Positions 61,896 to 64,000 of a DNA stretch of 64,000 nt are shown in pieces. The notes under the pieces are model-generated. The model saw only the letters and a list, made by a program, of their open reading frames with translations. It ran no database searches and had not been told where the DNA came from. Origin of the DNA: Hydrolagus colliei (Eukaryota); the NCBI GenBank assembly GCA_035084275.1, contig CM068745.1, positions 70,184,001 through 70,248,000 on the forward strand, given 5' to 3'. Both the position numbers and the translations under genes were made by a program. Within the stretch, counting starts at the first letter, position 1. Each line of letters opens with the position of its first letter.

Positions 61896-64000
61896 CCTAA
61901 ATATAGGGCTTATTGGAACATATTTGACCTATTCCATCCCCTAAAATGTATAAGCACATTTTTGATTTCCTCACTTAATTCGTGCAGTTCATAATAGTTA
62001 CTTGTTCTCAAGAAGCAATTGCTTGGGAACATCTAACATCAATACCTGAGCACAGTATTTCAATAATAATTATGACTTTCTTGTAATTGAATAGGACATT
62101 CATCAATTCTATATGATATATAGCTCCTCGAATGTTGATCTTGCTCATTCGGGGAGACTTAGTAACTTTCCCTTGCAAGGCTTTCAGTGAATTTATTACT
62201 ATTTGTATTAGTATTTGTAACCCAGAGATACAAATGTACAATTCCCAAATCTGTATTATGGTTACTCCACTACTCTCCATCATGAAACTCCTTTTAGGCT
62301 AGGAGTGATTCTCCCCAGGTGCCTAATCTTGCTTTCCAGCAAGCTTAACATTCATAATGGCTCCATGCAGTCCTGAAAGAAATCGTATTCATAGCAAAGG
62401 GAGTCAATGTTATTTACAAGCTCATAGAGCACAGAAGGAGACGATTCGGTCCATCATGTCTTTGAAAAGAGCTATCCAAATCAATACCACTCCTCCGCAC
62501 TCTCCCCATAGCTCTGCAAACCTATCATACCCAAATAATTTTCTTATTATCTAAAGAATAATAAAGCATGCATTTTCATGCCCCCAAGAACCTTATAAAG
62601 GGAACAGAAATAGTTCTACAGTAAAATCCCAAATATGCAGTAATTTTGGTAAGTTAGTGATTAAAAGATGCCTTTTGTGGTTTGCTTTAATTGACAGGAA
62701 CTATACTCCTATGGTTTGTGTGCCAGAAACCCAACAACTGAAGTAGATTCTAATTAGTATCTGGGCTGTTAAAAGCCAAGTATTTGACAAGCAGGAAGCT
62801 TATTTCTATCTCCGGTATAGAAGCCTCTAATCATTGGCAGTACAGTGGCCCTGTCAGTTTCTACTTGTCAGAATATTGCAACATCGCAAAAAAAAGGTAT
62901 GAGGAGATAAAATGCTTCCTTGCTGTTTATTTTGGAGAGGAGGCTGAATATCATCTCCACACGTATTTCATACTGCAGAGCAGTAACTGTGACTGTTATT
63001 GATCTTATGGAATTCATTTGAGAATCCCATAGTCTTTTTAATAAAATGTGGATATTGAAGACTTATCCTTTGGGTCTTTGTTGTACCTTTTGAGTAGTAT
63101 CACTGGGTCTTCAATTAGGTTATCTGGGAAGGGCGCTGTCAACTCTCACAAGGTTGATTTGTTTGGCCACACATCATACTGCTACTACCACTTTCATCAT
63201 CCAAGTTTTACACAAAAAATCCTCGAGTGCAATATGATTTTAAAAAATCTATTCTATGAATACCAAGGGATATAATGTTCGCTGCTTCCATACAACAATC
63301 GATTTGTTGCTATTGTTTAAGTGCTATTTTGCTCTCCTGAGTAAAGTTTGTGAATTTATCCTTGGGGACTTATAAATTGTCACAGTCCAATCTTAATTTA
63401 TCATATAACTTTAACAAAATGAAATGATACATTTAGATTTCTATTACAATTATTTATAAGTACACAGGGGCAAATCCATCAAACCGGTGGAATAGCATTG
63501 AGCCCACAACATAACAAAACCCTGCATTAGAGAGCACCACGCAGAAATATTGAGCCCAAATACTTAAAAGATAAATGTGAAATGACCCACCACAGTAGTG
63601 ACTATCTCTTGAAAGATAAATGTGAAATGCGAAAGTTGGGGGAGTAGATAATTGGGGTTCCATTGTGACATGCCTAGCAGTGGAGGATCAGAATCAAGTT
63701 GATCCTCTGGAGCAGAGGCGTTTTTAACGTCGGTGCAATCGGTGCAGCCCACCAACGGGCCCCTCATATTGCCGAGCCCCAGAGTAATGCAAAAAATCAT
63801 CGAAATGGGAGGATTTGAGTGTGCTGCGCTCTTGTCTTTTGTTTAATACTGTATAGCGAAAACCAGAGCTCTCCCCAGCCCGGCAGACCAGGCGGTCCGC
63901 CTCACCTAATCTCATCCCTCCAGAAGACCATATCCTCCTGTACTAAAATATTTATTTGATCTAACAGTTAATCTCCCAACTCATTTAGTTCTCTGCCTAC

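Overview
Vertebrate genomic DNA, AT-rich and repeat-dense. The repeat set (CR1 and L2 LINEs, DeuSINE-like and CORE-like tRNA SINEs with L2-type tails, a Penelope-type palindrome) points to a cartilaginous fish, possibly a chimaera; this is an inference. The only host gene I can support is PTCHD1 on the + strand. Coding exon 1 is 47099-47455, with an in-frame upstream ATG at 47039. Exon 2 is 51297-51957, and the last exon lies beyond the window. A CpG-rich, low-complexity promoter/5'UTR region sits at about 45.6-47.0 kb. The ~45 kb upstream and both introns are filled with truncated LINEs, at least three SINE families, a TA-flanked Tigger/pogo-like non-autonomous DNA transposon, minisatellites and two assembly gaps. 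The most notable observations are: (1) a ~200-bp palindrome in intron 2 carrying a minimal hammerhead-ribozyme core of the Penelope type; (2) a possible PTCHD4-like N-terminal extension and PTCHD4-like residues in this PTCHD1; (3) modular SINEs sharing one L2-type tail; (4) many TACAGTA/TACTGTA Tc1/mariner-type excision footprints, some interrupting SINE consensus; (5) repeated perfect short hairpins at insertion junctions. I see no evidence for a wholly new multi-gene system. Repeat boundaries were read by eye and are approximate unless stated as exact, and family assignments rest on recalled consensus sequences, not database searches.
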